DNA of 64,000 bases from Pseudomonadota bacterium (GTDB lineage: Bacteria; Myxococcota; JACRCW01; JAFGSX01). This document shows positions 27,858 to 37,630 of the stretch, piece after piece (position 1 is the stretch's first letter; every line of letters begins with the position of its first letter). The notes beneath the pieces are model-generated. The model did no database searches, was not told where the DNA came from, and worked only from the letters and a program-made list of their open reading frames with translations. The stretch lies in the NCBI GenBank assembly GCA_043821645.1, contig JBDRCO010000003.1, positions 160,001 to 224,000 on the forward strand. The letters are read 5' to 3'. The position numbers and the translations under genes are program-made.

Positions 27858-30371
27858 ATGCGCGTCAGCGTCGCGTGGCTCAAGGACCTGGTCAAAGGTA
27901 TCGAGGACGAGAGTGTGGCGACCATCGCGGAACGGCTGACCATGGCCGGTCTCGAGGTGGACCTCGTCGATGACCTCGAGCAGGCCCTGCAAGACGTGGT
28001 CATCACCCGCATCGTCTCGGTGACGCCACATCCGGACGCCGACAAGCTGGTGGTGTGCCAGGTCGAGGACGGGTCGGGGACGGTGACCGTGGTGTGCGGA
28101 GCCCCCAACACCGCCGAGGGTGCCCTGGTCGCCCTGGCACGGCCGGGAGCGGTTCTCGGTGGTCGCGCGGTCGAGGTTGCCACCCTGCGCGGTGTGCCCA
28201 GCCACGGCATGCTCTGCTCCGAGCGCGAGCTCGGTCTCGGGGACGATCACGCGGGCATCCTGATCCTCGACGGAGACCTCGTGCCGGGGACGCCGCTGGT
28301 GCAGGCCCTGGGTATCGATCCCGTCGTGCTCGAGCTGAGCGTGACCCCCAACCGTCCCGACGCCCTGAGCCACGTCGGTGTGGCGCGGGAGCTCGCCGCC
28401 CTGACCGGAGGTCGCGCCAAGGTGCCCGGTGCCGCTCCAGCCGAGCGCGGTGGACCCGTGGATGACGCCGCCAGCGTGAGCATCGCCGATCCGGACGCCT
28501 GCCCGAGGTACGCCTGCCGTGTCGTCGACGAGGTGCACGTCGGCCCGTCGCCTGCGTGGCTCAAGTGGCGGCTGCAGCGCCTGGGTGTTCGATCGATCAA
28601 CAACGTGGTCGATGCCACCAACCTGGTGCTGCTGGAGAGGGGCCATCCGCTGCATGCCTTCGACGCCGACCGGCTCGGGCACGAGCGCGGACGCGCGGCC
28701 ATCGTGGTGCGGCGCGCGGCGCCCGACGAGAAACTGCGGACACTCGATGGCATCGAGCGCACCCTGGACCCGGACGATCTGCTCATCTGTGACGTCGAGC
28801 GACCCGTGGCACTGGCCGGGATCATGGGTGGCGCGGACACCGAGGTGTCCACCAAGACAACGCGCGTGCTCATCGAAAGCGCGTACTTCGCTCCCGCCGT
28901 GGTGCGCCGGACTGCACGCCGACACGGCCTGCACACCGAGGCGTCGCACCGCTTCGAGCGCGGTTGCGATCCCAACCGCGGCGTCGAGGACAGCCTGAAT
29001 CGCGTGGCACAGCTCATCGCCGAGCTCTCCGCCGGCACTGTCCGCCGTGGAGTCGTCGACGTCTACCCCAAGAAGATCCAGCCGCGGGTGGTATCCCTGC
29101 GACCCTCGCGCGTGGCCGCCCTGCTGGGCGTGCCCGCCAAGAACGTCAGCGAAGCCGAGATCGGAACCTTGCTCGGCGCCCTGGGACTGGAGGTCGCGAG
29201 CCGGGAAGGCGAGGCCCTGCATTTGCGGGTGCCGACCTGGCGTCCGGATCTCGAGCGCGAGATCGATCTTGTCGAGGAGGTGGTGCGCTTGCAGGGCATG
29301 GATCGCGTACCGGCCACCCTGCCTCGAGGCTCGGGGCGCATCATCCGCACCCGCCAGGCCGCCCAGGTGGAGCGGGTCGAGCAGCTGGTGCGGGATGTGT
29401 TGCTCGATGCCGGCTACCACGAGGCGGTCAGTCTCGCCTTCGTCAGCCCTGCCGAGGATGCGCTGTTCCGGGCGCCGGGCGATGGGCCACCGCTGAAGGT
29501 GCGCAATGCCCTGGGAGAGGATCAGTCGCTGATGCGGCGGAGCTTGCGCATCCGCTTGCTGGCCGCGCTGGCCGTCAACCAGCGCCGGGGTGTCGACGAC
29601 GTTCGAATGTTCGAAGTGGGCAAGGTGTTCCTCGGGCTCAATGACAAGGGACATGGCCCGCGGCCGGCGGATCCGGATGGCCCCTCGGGCGGCGACGCGT
29701 ATGCCATCGAGGAACGCCGGGTGGCCGGTGTCGCGGTGGGAAAGGCGGATCCCCACGCCTTCGACGTGCCGGCGCGGCCACTGGACGTGTTCGACCTCAA
29801 GGGCGCGATCGAAGAGTTGCTGGCCGCCCTGGGTCATGACCCCGCGGACATTCATGCTCACCACGTGGTTTTTGAACCCTGTGACGACGTCCCGGGGCTC
29901 CATCCACGATGCTGTGCCCGGGTTCGGGTCGAGGGCACGGTGGTCGGGGTTCTTGGGGAGGTGCATCCGGACGTGGTCCAGGCCCTCGACCTGCGCGGGC
30001 AACCCTACGCCTTCGAACTCGACGCCGATGCGCTGGGTGCCTGCGCACGCCTGCTGCGTCCGGTGCAAGTCTTGCCGCGCTTCCCCAAGGTTCGGCGCGA
30101 TGTCGCACTGGTCATCGACGACGGAGTCACCGTCGATGCGCTGCTCGGTGTGGTGCGCGACGGCGATACCCAGCATCGCGGCCTGCTTGTCGACGTCGAC
30201 GTCTTTGACGTGTACCGCGGCCCTCACGTGCCACCTGGCAAGAAGAGTGTGGCCCTCGCCTTTGAGTATCGAGCACCGGACCGCACCCTGGTTGACGACG
30301 AGGTCACTGTCATGCACGGGGCCCTGGTCGAGACCCTGGTGCAACGCTTCCAGGCCGAGGTGCGTCGGTGA
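27858..30371 (+). CDS. pheT: Phenylalanine--tRNA ligase beta subunit
   Basis: 'HPDADKL', 'VVCGAPN', 'SHGMLCS..ELG', 'TPNRPDALS', 'RFERG', anticodon-binding domain. Confidence 0.97.
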   Translation: MRVSVAWLKDLVKGIEDESVATIAERLTMAGLEVDLVDDLEQALQDVVITRIVSVTPHPDADKLVVCQVEDGSGTVTVVCGAPNTAEGALVALARPGAVLGGRAVEVATLRGVPSHGMLCSERELGLGDDHAGILILDGDLVPGTPLVQALGIDPVVLELSVTPNRPDALSHVGVARELAALTGGRAKVPGAAPAERGGPVDDAASVSIADPDACPRYACRVVDEVHVGPSPAWLKWRLQRLGVRSINNVVDATNLVLLERGHPLHAFDADRLGHERGRAAIVVRRAAPDEKLRTLDGIERTLDPDDLLICDVERPVALAGIMGGADTEVSTKTTRVLIESAYFAPAVVRRTARRHGLHTEASHRFERGCDPNRGVEDSLNRVAQLIAELSAGTVRRGVVDVYPKKIQPRVVSLRPSRVAALLGVPAKNVSEAEIGTLLGALGLEVASREGEALHLRVPTWRPDLEREIDLVEEVVRLQGMDRVPATLPRGSGRIIRTRQAAQVERVEQLVRDVLLDAGYHEAVSLAFVSPAEDALFRAPGDGPPLKVRNALGEDQSLMRRSLRIRLLAALAVNQRRGVDDVRMFEVGKVFLGLNDKGHGPRPADPDGPSGGDAYAIEERRVAGVAVGKADPHAFDVPARPLDVFDLKGAIEELLAALGHDPADIHAHHVVFEPCDDVPGLHPRCCARVRVEGTVVGVLGEVHPDVVQALDLRGQPYAFELDADALGACARLLRPVQVLPRFPKVRRDVALVIDDGVTVDALLGVVRDGDTQHRGLLVDVDVFDVYRGPHVPPGKKSVALAFEYRAPDRTLVDDEVTVMHGALVETLVQRFQAEVRR

Positions 30372-30787
30372 AGGACAAACGTCCCCGGGTGTGGTCCCGG
30401 ATCGCCATCCTGCTGGGAGTGATCTCGGTCCTCGCTTCACCTGCCGCGTGGTTCTACGCCCTGCCTTTGGCTCTCGCCCTGATCGCATTGCTCGTCGGCA
30501 TCGTCGCGCGCGTGCGCGGAGAGCGTGGCATCGGATCGCTGCTCTGGCCTGTCCTTGGCCTGATCCTGGGAACCGGCGTCTACATGGCCTATCTGATCAC
30601 CACCGATGTCGATCCCGATGCCAACAAGGTGATCGACCACAACTTCGATCAGCAGTTCGACGACGACTTCAAGGCGCTTGTCGGCGATGAGGCAGCTGGT
30701 TTCGGCGCTCAGGATCCGGGGTTTGGCGACGTCGAGGACGCCGGAACCGAGGATGTCGCAGGGTCTGGCTCGCGCGCCATGAAGTGA
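30368..30787 (+). CDS. Small membrane protein (DUF4190-like) with acidic tail
   Basis: Three hydrophobic segments; GTG overlaps pheT stop. Confidence 0.55.
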   Translation: MKDKRPRVWSRIAILLGVISVLASPAAWFYALPLALALIALLVGIVARVRGERGIGSLLWPVLGLILGTGVYMAYLITTDVDPDANKVIDHNFDQQFDDDFKALVGDEAAGFGAQDPGFGDVEDAGTEDVAGSGSRAMK

Positions 30788-30796
30788 TCCGGGACG

Positions 30797-30845
30797 CTTG
30801 TCAAGTGGTCGGCGACTTTTTTGTCGTCGGGGAGTACTTGACAAG
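30797..30845. promoter_or_regulatory. Inverted repeat upstream of ihfA containing TTGACA on both strands
   Basis: CTTGTCAAGT (30797-30806)...ACTTGACAAG (30836-30845) enclosing CGGCGAC-T6-GTCGTCG. Confidence 0.55.
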
Positions 30846-31041
30846 ACGGCGTGCCCTGGACGAAAAAGAACCATCCTCACGACGAGCACCGTCGATGACC
30901 GACCTGACGCAGAGCAGGGAGATCGGCGAGGACGTGAGGATCGGGGGTGACCGGGGAGCGCTGCAACGATTCCCGAGTACACTTCAGCTTCGGTGGATAA
31001 GGGGAGGCGAGCCCCCCCCCAGCAGGAGAAGAGGAGAGCCC

Positions 31042-31317
31042 ATGACCAAGGCCGACATCATCGAGAGCGTTTACGAGAAGGTGGGGTTCTCCAAGAAGGA
31101 TTCTGCCGAGATCGTCGAGATGGTCTTCGATACCATCAAGGAGACTCTCGAGCGTGGCGAGAAGATCAAGATCTCGGGCTTTGGTAACTTCGTGGTCCGC
31201 GACAAGAACTCGCGCGTGGGCCGCAATCCGCAAACCGGCGAGGAGATCGAGATCAGCGCGCGGCGGGTCCTGACCTTCAAACCGAGCCAGGTGCTCAAGA
31301 ACGCGCTCAACGGCTGA
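31042..31317 (+). CDS. ihfA: Integration host factor subunit alpha
   Basis: 'MTKADI', 'KISGFGNF', 'GRNPQTGEEIEISARRVLTFKPS'; downstream of pheT. Confidence 0.95.
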   Translation: MTKADIIESVYEKVGFSKKDSAEIVEMVFDTIKETLERGEKIKISGFGNFVVRDKNSRVGRNPQTGEEIEISARRVLTFKPSQVLKNALNG

Positions 31318-31327
31318 GACGACAAAG

Positions 31328-32050
31328 GTGACCATCCGCGAGCAGGTCAAGGTCGCGACCACGCGCGCCACGGTCGAGGGAGTGATCCCCGACAAGATGT
31401 ATTTTCGCATCGGCGAGGTTGCGGCCATCGTCGGCGTGAAACCCTATGTCCTGCGGTACTGGGAGAGCGAATTCGCCGCGCTGCGGCCGCAGAAATCCCG
31501 GACCCGGCAGCGCATGTACCGGCGCCGTGACGTCGAGCTGCTGCTCAAGATCAAGCACCTGCTCTACGATCGGAAGTACACCATCGCCGGCGCCAGGCAG
31601 CTCCTGAAGAGGGGCCTTGGCGCTGGTTTCGAGGCTGTCCTGGAGCCCCAGGCCGAGGGTGCGAGTCCTGCCTCCAGCTCCGTTCTGGCAGACGGTCCCG
31701 TTCCGATCGACTCTCGTGACGCGGAACCGTCGATCCAGGGCTGGGTGCCGCCGGCCGCTGCGCCGCAGCGAGAGCTCGAATCTCCGGCTCCCGCTGCCGT
31801 GCAGGTCACACCGTCAAACCTGGTTGCCCAGGCATCGCCCTCCGAGGCCCAGGTCGACGACCCGCGGACCCAGCTCACCTTCGACCTCCGAGTGCCGGTG
31901 CTGGTCAAGGATGACCTGCGTCGCGGGCTCCGTGAGCTGCTTGAACTGTGTGACACCGACGAGGCCGAGGACCCAGATCCCCTGGTTCGAATGCGACGCG
32001 CGCACGAGGACGATCCAGGCCATCGGGAGAGCGCGAGCGACATCGGATGA
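31328..32050 (+). CDS. MerR family regulator (ihfA-associated type) with long low-complexity tail
   Basis: 'PDKMYFRIGEVA..VKPYVLRYWESEF..RMY..LLY..YTIAGAR'. Confidence 0.88.
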   Translation: MTIREQVKVATTRATVEGVIPDKMYFRIGEVAAIVGVKPYVLRYWESEFAALRPQKSRTRQRMYRRRDVELLLKIKHLLYDRKYTIAGARQLLKRGLGAGFEAVLEPQAEGASPASSSVLADGPVPIDSRDAEPSIQGWVPPAAAPQRELESPAPAAVQVTPSNLVAQASPSEAQVDDPRTQLTFDLRVPVLVKDDLRRGLRELLELCDTDEAEDPDPLVRMRRAHEDDPGHRESASDIG

Positions 32051-32967
32051 CCGACGTCACCCGTGCTGGCCGGTGCGCCATTCTCGGCGCAACCAATGTC
32101 GGCAAGTCCACCCTTCTGAATGCCATCGTCGGGACCAAGATCGCGATCGTGTCCTCCACGGTGCAGACGACACGCCGGCGCATTCTGGGTGTGGTGGAGC
32201 GTGCCGAGTCCCAGATTGCCTTTGTCGATACGCCTGGTCTGCACCGGCATCGCGGTGAGCTGAACCGACGCCTGGTCCAGGCAGCCATGCGCAGCATCGA
32301 CAACGTTGATGCGGTGGTGCTGGTGCTCGATGCCACGCGTCGAGGAGGCCCGCTCGACCCCGAGGCACGGCGCCTGCTCGAGGCGATCCAGAAGAGCGCA
32401 CTCCCCTGTGTGCTGGTTCTCAACAAGATCGACCGCATGGCCAAGCCTGAGCTGCTCCCCATGCTCGCGGCTCTGCAGCCGGTGCATGACTTTGCAGCGA
32501 TGATCCCGGTCAGTGCGCAGGGAAACGACGGAGTGGATGCGCTCGTGGACGAGGTCGCGCGGCTGATGCCCCTGGGGCCGAGGCTCTATGATCCCGATCA
32601 GTACACGGATCAAACCGAGCGTAGCCTTGCCGCCGAGATCATCCGCGAGAAGGCCATGCGCCACCTGCGCAAGGAACTCCCACACAGCCTGGCGGTGACC
32701 GTCGAGGACTTCGACGAGTCGCGACGCTCGCCGGACGACGGCGGCCGGGTGGTGATCGAGGCCGTGGTGTGGGTCGAGCGAGACGGCCAGAAAGCCATTG
32801 CCATCGGCGCCGGGGGAAGCATGGTCAAGGCCATCGGGACCGATGCCCGCATTGAGATCGAGTCCATGCTCGAGGCCAAGCTGGTCCTCAAGCTCGATGT
32901 GCGCGTTGCGCGCAACTGGAGCGAGGACCCGCAGGCCATGCAGAGCATGGGCGTGATCGACGAGTAG
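32047..32967 (+). CDS. era: GTPase Era
   Basis: 'GATNVGKSTL', 'QTTR', 'DTPG', 'NKID', KH domain 'EIIREK..ELPHS'. Confidence 0.95.
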   Translation: MTDVTRAGRCAILGATNVGKSTLLNAIVGTKIAIVSSTVQTTRRRILGVVERAESQIAFVDTPGLHRHRGELNRRLVQAAMRSIDNVDAVVLVLDATRRGGPLDPEARRLLEAIQKSALPCVLVLNKIDRMAKPELLPMLAALQPVHDFAAMIPVSAQGNDGVDALVDEVARLMPLGPRLYDPDQYTDQTERSLAAEIIREKAMRHLRKELPHSLAVTVEDFDESRRSPDDGGRVVIEAVVWVERDGQKAIAIGAGGSMVKAIGTDARIEIESMLEAKLVLKLDVRVARNWSEDPQAMQSMGVIDE

Positions 32968-32978
32968 CGGCGGTAACG

Positions 32979-34457
32979 ATGCAACAGGACCGTCTTCCCA
33001 CCATCGCCGTGGTCGGCCGACCCAATGTCGGTAAGTCGTCGCTTTTCAACGCGCTGGCCGGGCGGCGCCTGGCCATCGTCGATAACTCCCGGGGTGTCAC
33101 CCGCGACCGGCTGATCGCCGAGGCGAGCCTGCCAGGCATGCACTTCATTGCCGTCGACACCGGGGGCATCGAACCCACGTCGAAGGATCCCATCTTCGCG
33201 GCCATGCGCGAGCAGGCCCAGCTGGCCATCGACGAGGCAGACGCCATCGTGTTCCTGGTCGACTCGCGCGACGGTGTGCTGCCGCCAGATCGCGATATCG
33301 TTGAACTGCTGCGACGCAGCGGGCGTCCCTGGATCCTGGCCGTCAACAAGATAGACGACGTGCGTCACGAGGACCGCGTCTACGAGTTCACCGAGCTGGG
33401 GCACGACGCACCCCTCGGCATCAGTTCCATGCACAAGAGGGGCTTCGAGGAGCTCGCGGACCGCCTGCGTGAGATCCTGCCCGAGGCCTTGCGGCGGAGC
33501 GCGGAACAGGCAGCCCAGGCCGAGGAGACGAGCGAGGAAGACCTGCTGGCGCTCGCCGAGGCAGCCCAGCGCGAGCCCGACGCCCGGGCCGAACCCTGGG
33601 ACGAGGCGCCGGATGAGTTCGCGGTGGCGGTCGTGGGCCGCCCCAATGTGGGGAAGAGTTCCCTCATCAACCGCCTGCTTGGTGAGGAGCGCCTGCTGGT
33701 GGCGGACATGCCGGGCACCACCCGCGACGCCGTCGACAGCGTCATCGAATTCGGTGGGCGACGTTTCCGGCTCATCGACACGGCGGGGCTGCGGCGCAAG
33801 AGGAGCATCGGTCACCAGCTCGAGCGCTTTGCCGTCGTCGCGTCGCTCAATGCGGTGCAGCGTGCGCAGATCGTGGTGCTGGTGCTCGACGCCACGCAGC
33901 CCCTGGCCGACCAGGACCAGCAGGTCGCGTCTCACGCCATCCGGGCAGGGCGCGCCGTGGTGGTGGCACTCAACAAGATCGATCTCCTGGAACCAGGGGA
34001 AGAGGTCATCCGGGAGATCCAGCAGCGGGTGCGCGATGGACTGGGTTTTGTCGATGAGGTCACGGTATTGCCCATGTCCGCGGCCAAGGGCAAGCGTGTG
34101 TTCGACATGCTGCGGGCCGTGGACGACGCTGGCGTGCGCAGCCTGCGCCATATACCGACAAGCCTGGTCAATCGAACCATCGAGGCGCTGATGCGTCACC
34201 ACCCGCCGCCCATGGCGGGCGCGGCCCGTGCCAAGCTCCTGTTTGGCGCCCAGGTCGCGGTGTCACCCCCGACCTTTGTGATCGTATGCCGCCGGCCTGA
34301 CTGCATACCTCGCAGTTACCGCCGTTACGTCGAGCGCCGCCTGCGCGAGGATTTCGAGTTTGGCGGCGTGCCCCTGCGCGTGGCTTTTCGCTCCCGCGAG
34401 GGTCAGGCCCGTCGGAGCAAACGCCGGGCCCGCCGGCGCAGTGAGAAGGACGGGTGA
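32979..34457 (+). CDS. der: Ribosome biogenesis GTPase Der (EngA)
   Basis: Two 'GRPNVGKSSL' G domains, 'GVTRD'/'GTTRD', C-terminal 'SYRRYVE..LRE.F.F.GVP'. Confidence 0.96.
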   Translation: MQQDRLPTIAVVGRPNVGKSSLFNALAGRRLAIVDNSRGVTRDRLIAEASLPGMHFIAVDTGGIEPTSKDPIFAAMREQAQLAIDEADAIVFLVDSRDGVLPPDRDIVELLRRSGRPWILAVNKIDDVRHEDRVYEFTELGHDAPLGISSMHKRGFEELADRLREILPEALRRSAEQAAQAEETSEEDLLALAEAAQREPDARAEPWDEAPDEFAVAVVGRPNVGKSSLINRLLGEERLLVADMPGTTRDAVDSVIEFGGRRFRLIDTAGLRRKRSIGHQLERFAVVASLNAVQRAQIVVLVLDATQPLADQDQQVASHAIRAGRAVVVALNKIDLLEPGEEVIREIQQRVRDGLGFVDEVTVLPMSAAKGKRVFDMLRAVDDAGVRSLRHIPTSLVNRTIEALMRHHPPPMAGAARAKLLFGAQVAVSPPTFVIVCRRPDCIPRSYRRYVERRLREDFEFGGVPLRVAFRSREGQARRSKRRARRRSEKDG

Positions 34458-35431
34458 GCACGCAGCCGCCCGACCGACCACACACCGTTTCGACGCCTGT
34501 GCGAGAAGTCTGGAGTCGCCTGCGCCAACAGGAACCTGTCGCCCGGGTGATCGATATCCTCGATGGAACGGTCGGGGACTTCGTTCGCCACGACGGGCAC
34601 ATCTATGCTGCGGCGGTCGCGTTCTACGCCTCGGTCAGCTTCATCCCCTTTCTCCTTTTAGTGATCAGCCTTGGTAGTTACGTCGTGACCTGGGTTTGGG
34701 GTGGCGACGAGACCTCGGCGGCGTATCAGGATCTGATCCGCTTCCTCCGCGCGGCGGTGCCATATCTCGATACGTCGCTGGAGGCGCAGCTGGCTGACCT
34801 CGTCGATCAGCGCGCGCATTTCGGCCTGGCGGGTGCTGCTGCGCTGCTGACCACCTCGAGTCTGGTCTTTCGCAGCCTCGAGTTCGCGCTCGCCCGGGTC
34901 TTCTCGTGGCGCGGCGCCGAAGACCGCAAGGCACGACCCCGCAACGTGGTGCTGTCGAAGCTGCTGTTTGGCGGCTTCGTGATGGCGGCCGTGATCATGT
35001 TTGTGGGCGGCCGATACCTCCTTGGCACCCTGCGCGCCATGGTGGGGCGGGTGGATTCCTCACTTTCCGGAGCCGTGGGTCTGTCCTTCCTGCGTGAGAG
35101 CACCTGGATGGGTGAGCTGGCCTGGGACCTTGGCGTGGTGCTGAGCTTCGTGATGGTGCTGTTCTTCTTCACGCGCAGTCATACCCGCCCCCGGGGAGTG
35201 CACAGCGTGCTCGGTGGTGTGCTCTTCATGCTGGCCTGGAACGCTGCGGGGTGGGCTTTCGACCTCTACGTGGGGCGCTTTGCGTCGTTGCCCCTGACCT
35301 ACGGACCGTGGGCCACGCTCATTCTCATCCAGCTGTGGATCTTCTACTCGGCCCTTGTTTTCATGCTGTCCTGTGAGTTCGTGAAGACGCTGGAGCGCCG
35401 GCAGCACGCGCGGCGTGCGTGTGAGGTCTGA
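34454..35431 (+). CDS. YihY/BrkB family membrane protein
   Basis: 'AAAVAFYA..SFIPFLL', 'TYG....ILIQLWIFYSA'. Confidence 0.85.
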   Translation: MSTQPPDRPHTVSTPVREVWSRLRQQEPVARVIDILDGTVGDFVRHDGHIYAAAVAFYASVSFIPFLLLVISLGSYVVTWVWGGDETSAAYQDLIRFLRAAVPYLDTSLEAQLADLVDQRAHFGLAGAAALLTTSSLVFRSLEFALARVFSWRGAEDRKARPRNVVLSKLLFGGFVMAAVIMFVGGRYLLGTLRAMVGRVDSSLSGAVGLSFLRESTWMGELAWDLGVVLSFVMVLFFFTRSHTRPRGVHSVLGGVLFMLAWNAAGWAFDLYVGRFASLPLTYGPWATLILIQLWIFYSALVFMLSCEFVKTLERRQHARRACEV

Positions 35432-35432
35432 G

Positions 35433-36428
35433 ATGGCATGGCGAGGACCGCCCCGCAGGACCACCGTGAAGACAGATCTGGAGATCCGGCCTGTGCTGGT
35501 GGTGTATGGCAGCGAGCGGGGCCTCGTCGAGCAGGCTGTGCGGCACGTACGGGCCAAGGTGGTGCAGGGCGCCATGGCAGACTTCAACCACGACCGGCTC
35601 TCCGCCAAGACAGCGTCGGTCGAGCAGGTCCTGGGCTGCTGCCGGACCCTGCCCGTGATGGCACCACTCCGCCTGGTCGAGCTGAGCGACGGTGACGCCT
35701 TCAACGCCGAGGCTTTGCTCAAGATCGCGGACTATGCAGCCGCACCATCCCCCGAGGCCGTGCTGCTGATCGTGGCGGGCAAGATCGACAAGCGCACGAA
35801 GGCGGCCAAGGCCCTGGACGCACAGGGCTGCCTTCAAGGGTACGAGCCTCTCACCGAGGACGAGGCCATTCCGTACGCGCAGCGCCGTGCCAAGGATCAT
35901 GGCCTGACCCTCGAGCGCGAGGCTGCCATCGAGCTGGTGGCCGCGGTGGGCAGTGACCTGCAACTCATCGAGCGCGCGCTCGAGAAACTCGAACTGGTAT
36001 GCACCGACCAGACCGTGCACGCGGAGCAGGTCGAGACCCACATCTCGCAGACCCGGGTCGAGAGTGTGTTCGCCCTCACCGACGCCATCGCGGCGGGCGA
36101 TCAGGGCCAGGCCCTGACCGTGCTCGGCCAGATGCTCGACGCCCGCGAAGCTCCGCTGCGCATTCTTTCAACCATGCTGTGGCATCAACGGCAGGTGGTA
36201 CGTGCGCGGGCGCTGCTGGATAGAGGGCTGGCCAGTGGCGAGGTGATGGGTCAGATCAATATTCGCAACCGCGACCGGTTCTTGCAGCAAGTTCGAGCAA
36301 TTCCAGCCCAGCGTGCCGCCCAGGGGCTGGCTGCGATCGCCCGCACCGATCGCCAGCTCAAATCGAGCCGCATGCCGGCACGGGCCGTGATGGAGCGCGT
36401 CGTGCTCGAGCTGGCTGCCCTGCGATGA
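35433..36428 (+). CDS. holA: DNA polymerase III delta subunit
   Basis: 'VVYGSE..LV', 'DFNH', 'TLPVMAPLRLV', 'LEKL', 'SVFALTDAI'; alternative start GTG 35466. Confidence 0.85.
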   Translation: MAWRGPPRRTTVKTDLEIRPVLVVYGSERGLVEQAVRHVRAKVVQGAMADFNHDRLSAKTASVEQVLGCCRTLPVMAPLRLVELSDGDAFNAEALLKIADYAAAPSPEAVLLIVAGKIDKRTKAAKALDAQGCLQGYEPLTEDEAIPYAQRRAKDHGLTLEREAAIELVAAVGSDLQLIERALEKLELVCTDQTVHAEQVETHISQTRVESVFALTDAIAAGDQGQALTVLGQMLDAREAPLRILSTMLWHQRQVVRARALLDRGLASGEVMGQINIRNRDRFLQQVRAIPAQRAAQGLAAIARTDRQLKSSRMPARAVMERVVLELAALR

Positions 36429-37609
36429 GTCCGCCCACGACCCTGCCTCGTGTCCAGGTGACACCGCGTGGTGCGCGGCGCCTGCGGGGAGGTCATCCGT
36501 GGGTCTACCGGACCGACGTGCATCGACCCGACCGCATCGACGAGGGCGGAGTGGTCCGCGTCGTCGACGAGCGGGGCAACCACATCGGTCCTGCTTTTTG
36601 GTCCCTTGGCTCGCCCATTGCGCTGCGACTGCTGGGCCGTGGCGACATCACCGTCGACCGCAGCTTCTTCGCCGCTCGCCTGAACCGGGCCCTTGCCCTT
36701 CGCCAGCAGCTGTGGCCCGAGGCCCGCTGCTATCGGGTGGTGCACGGTGAAGCCGATGGCATGCCCGGTCTGTTCGTGGATCGCTACGACGACGTGCTGG
36801 CCGTCCAGGCGGTGAGCGCGGGAGCGGACGCCCACCTGGACGTGCTCGTCGACATCCTGGGCGAGTTGCTGCAACCCCGGCTCGTCGTCGCCAAGCATGA
36901 CACCAGCGCGCGCGAGTTCGAGGGCCTGTCTCGAGATCAGCACGTGCTGCGCGGCCAGGGGGCATCGTGCGTCGAGGTGTGGGAGGGCTCCAACTGCTTC
37001 TGCCTCGATGTGCTGGCGGACCTCAAGACCGGGGCTTTCCTGGACCAGCGCGAGAATCACACGCACGTGGCGAGCCTGGTGCCCGAGGGCGGCGATGCGC
37101 TCGACACCTTCAGCTACCACGGGGGCTTCGCCTTGTCCCTGGCCACCCGCGCGCACCGGGTCCTTGCGGTGGAGCAAGACCCCCTGGCCTGCACGCGGCT
37201 GCGCGAGAATGCCCAGCGAAACCGGCGTGCTGTCGACGTGATCGAGGGGAATGCCTTTGACCACCTCAGAGCCCTGGAAAGGGAGAACAAGCGCTTCGAC
37301 CTCGTGGTCATCGATCCTCCAGCCTTCGCCAAACGCCAGGGGGAGCTGCCAGCCGCGCGTCGCGCTTACAAGGAACTCAATCTGCGCGGTCTTCGCCTGC
37401 TCAAGCCCGGAGGTGTCCTGGTATCCTGCTCGTGTAGTGGGCGCGTCACACCCCTCCTGTTCGCCGAGGTGCTCGAGGAGGTGGCCAGCGACGCCAAGCG
37501 GACGGTGCAGATCGTGGAGCGCCGCGGCGCAGCCAGGGACCATCCCGTGTTGCTCGGCGTCCCCGAGACCGACTACCTCAAGTGCTGGGTGCTGCGGGCC
37601 ATCGATTGA
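36425..37609 (+). CDS. RlmI-like SAM-dependent rRNA methyltransferase (PUA domain)
   Basis: 'GHPWVY', 'HGEADGMPGLFVDRY', 'KTGAFLDQREN', 'DPPAFAK', 'ETDYLK'. Confidence 0.9.
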   Translation: MSPPTTLPRVQVTPRGARRLRGGHPWVYRTDVHRPDRIDEGGVVRVVDERGNHIGPAFWSLGSPIALRLLGRGDITVDRSFFAARLNRALALRQQLWPEARCYRVVHGEADGMPGLFVDRYDDVLAVQAVSAGADAHLDVLVDILGELLQPRLVVAKHDTSAREFEGLSRDQHVLRGQGASCVEVWEGSNCFCLDVLADLKTGAFLDQRENHTHVASLVPEGGDALDTFSYHGGFALSLATRAHRVLAVEQDPLACTRLRENAQRNRRAVDVIEGNAFDHLRALERENKRFDLVVIDPPAFAKRQGELPAARRAYKELNLRGLRLLKPGGVLVSCSCSGRVTPLLFAEVLEEVASDAKRTVQIVERRGAARDHPVLLGVPETDYLKCWVLRAID

Positions 37610-37630
37610 GACAGGGGTGGGTGCCTGGGG

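Noticed and set aside
27819-30488. 889-aa antisense ORF over pheT (likewise 15202-16887, 26659-27846, 32610-34202, 38300-40183, 43937-45463, 46028-47848, 51163-52971, 57445-59268)
   Set aside because: Shadow ORFs expected opposite high-GC genes; no motifs, and each overlaps a well-supported gene
30784-31041. 86-aa N-terminal extension of IhfA suggested by the ORF track
   Set aside because: Canonical MTKADI start with a purine-rich RBS at 31042; the upstream region looks regulatory
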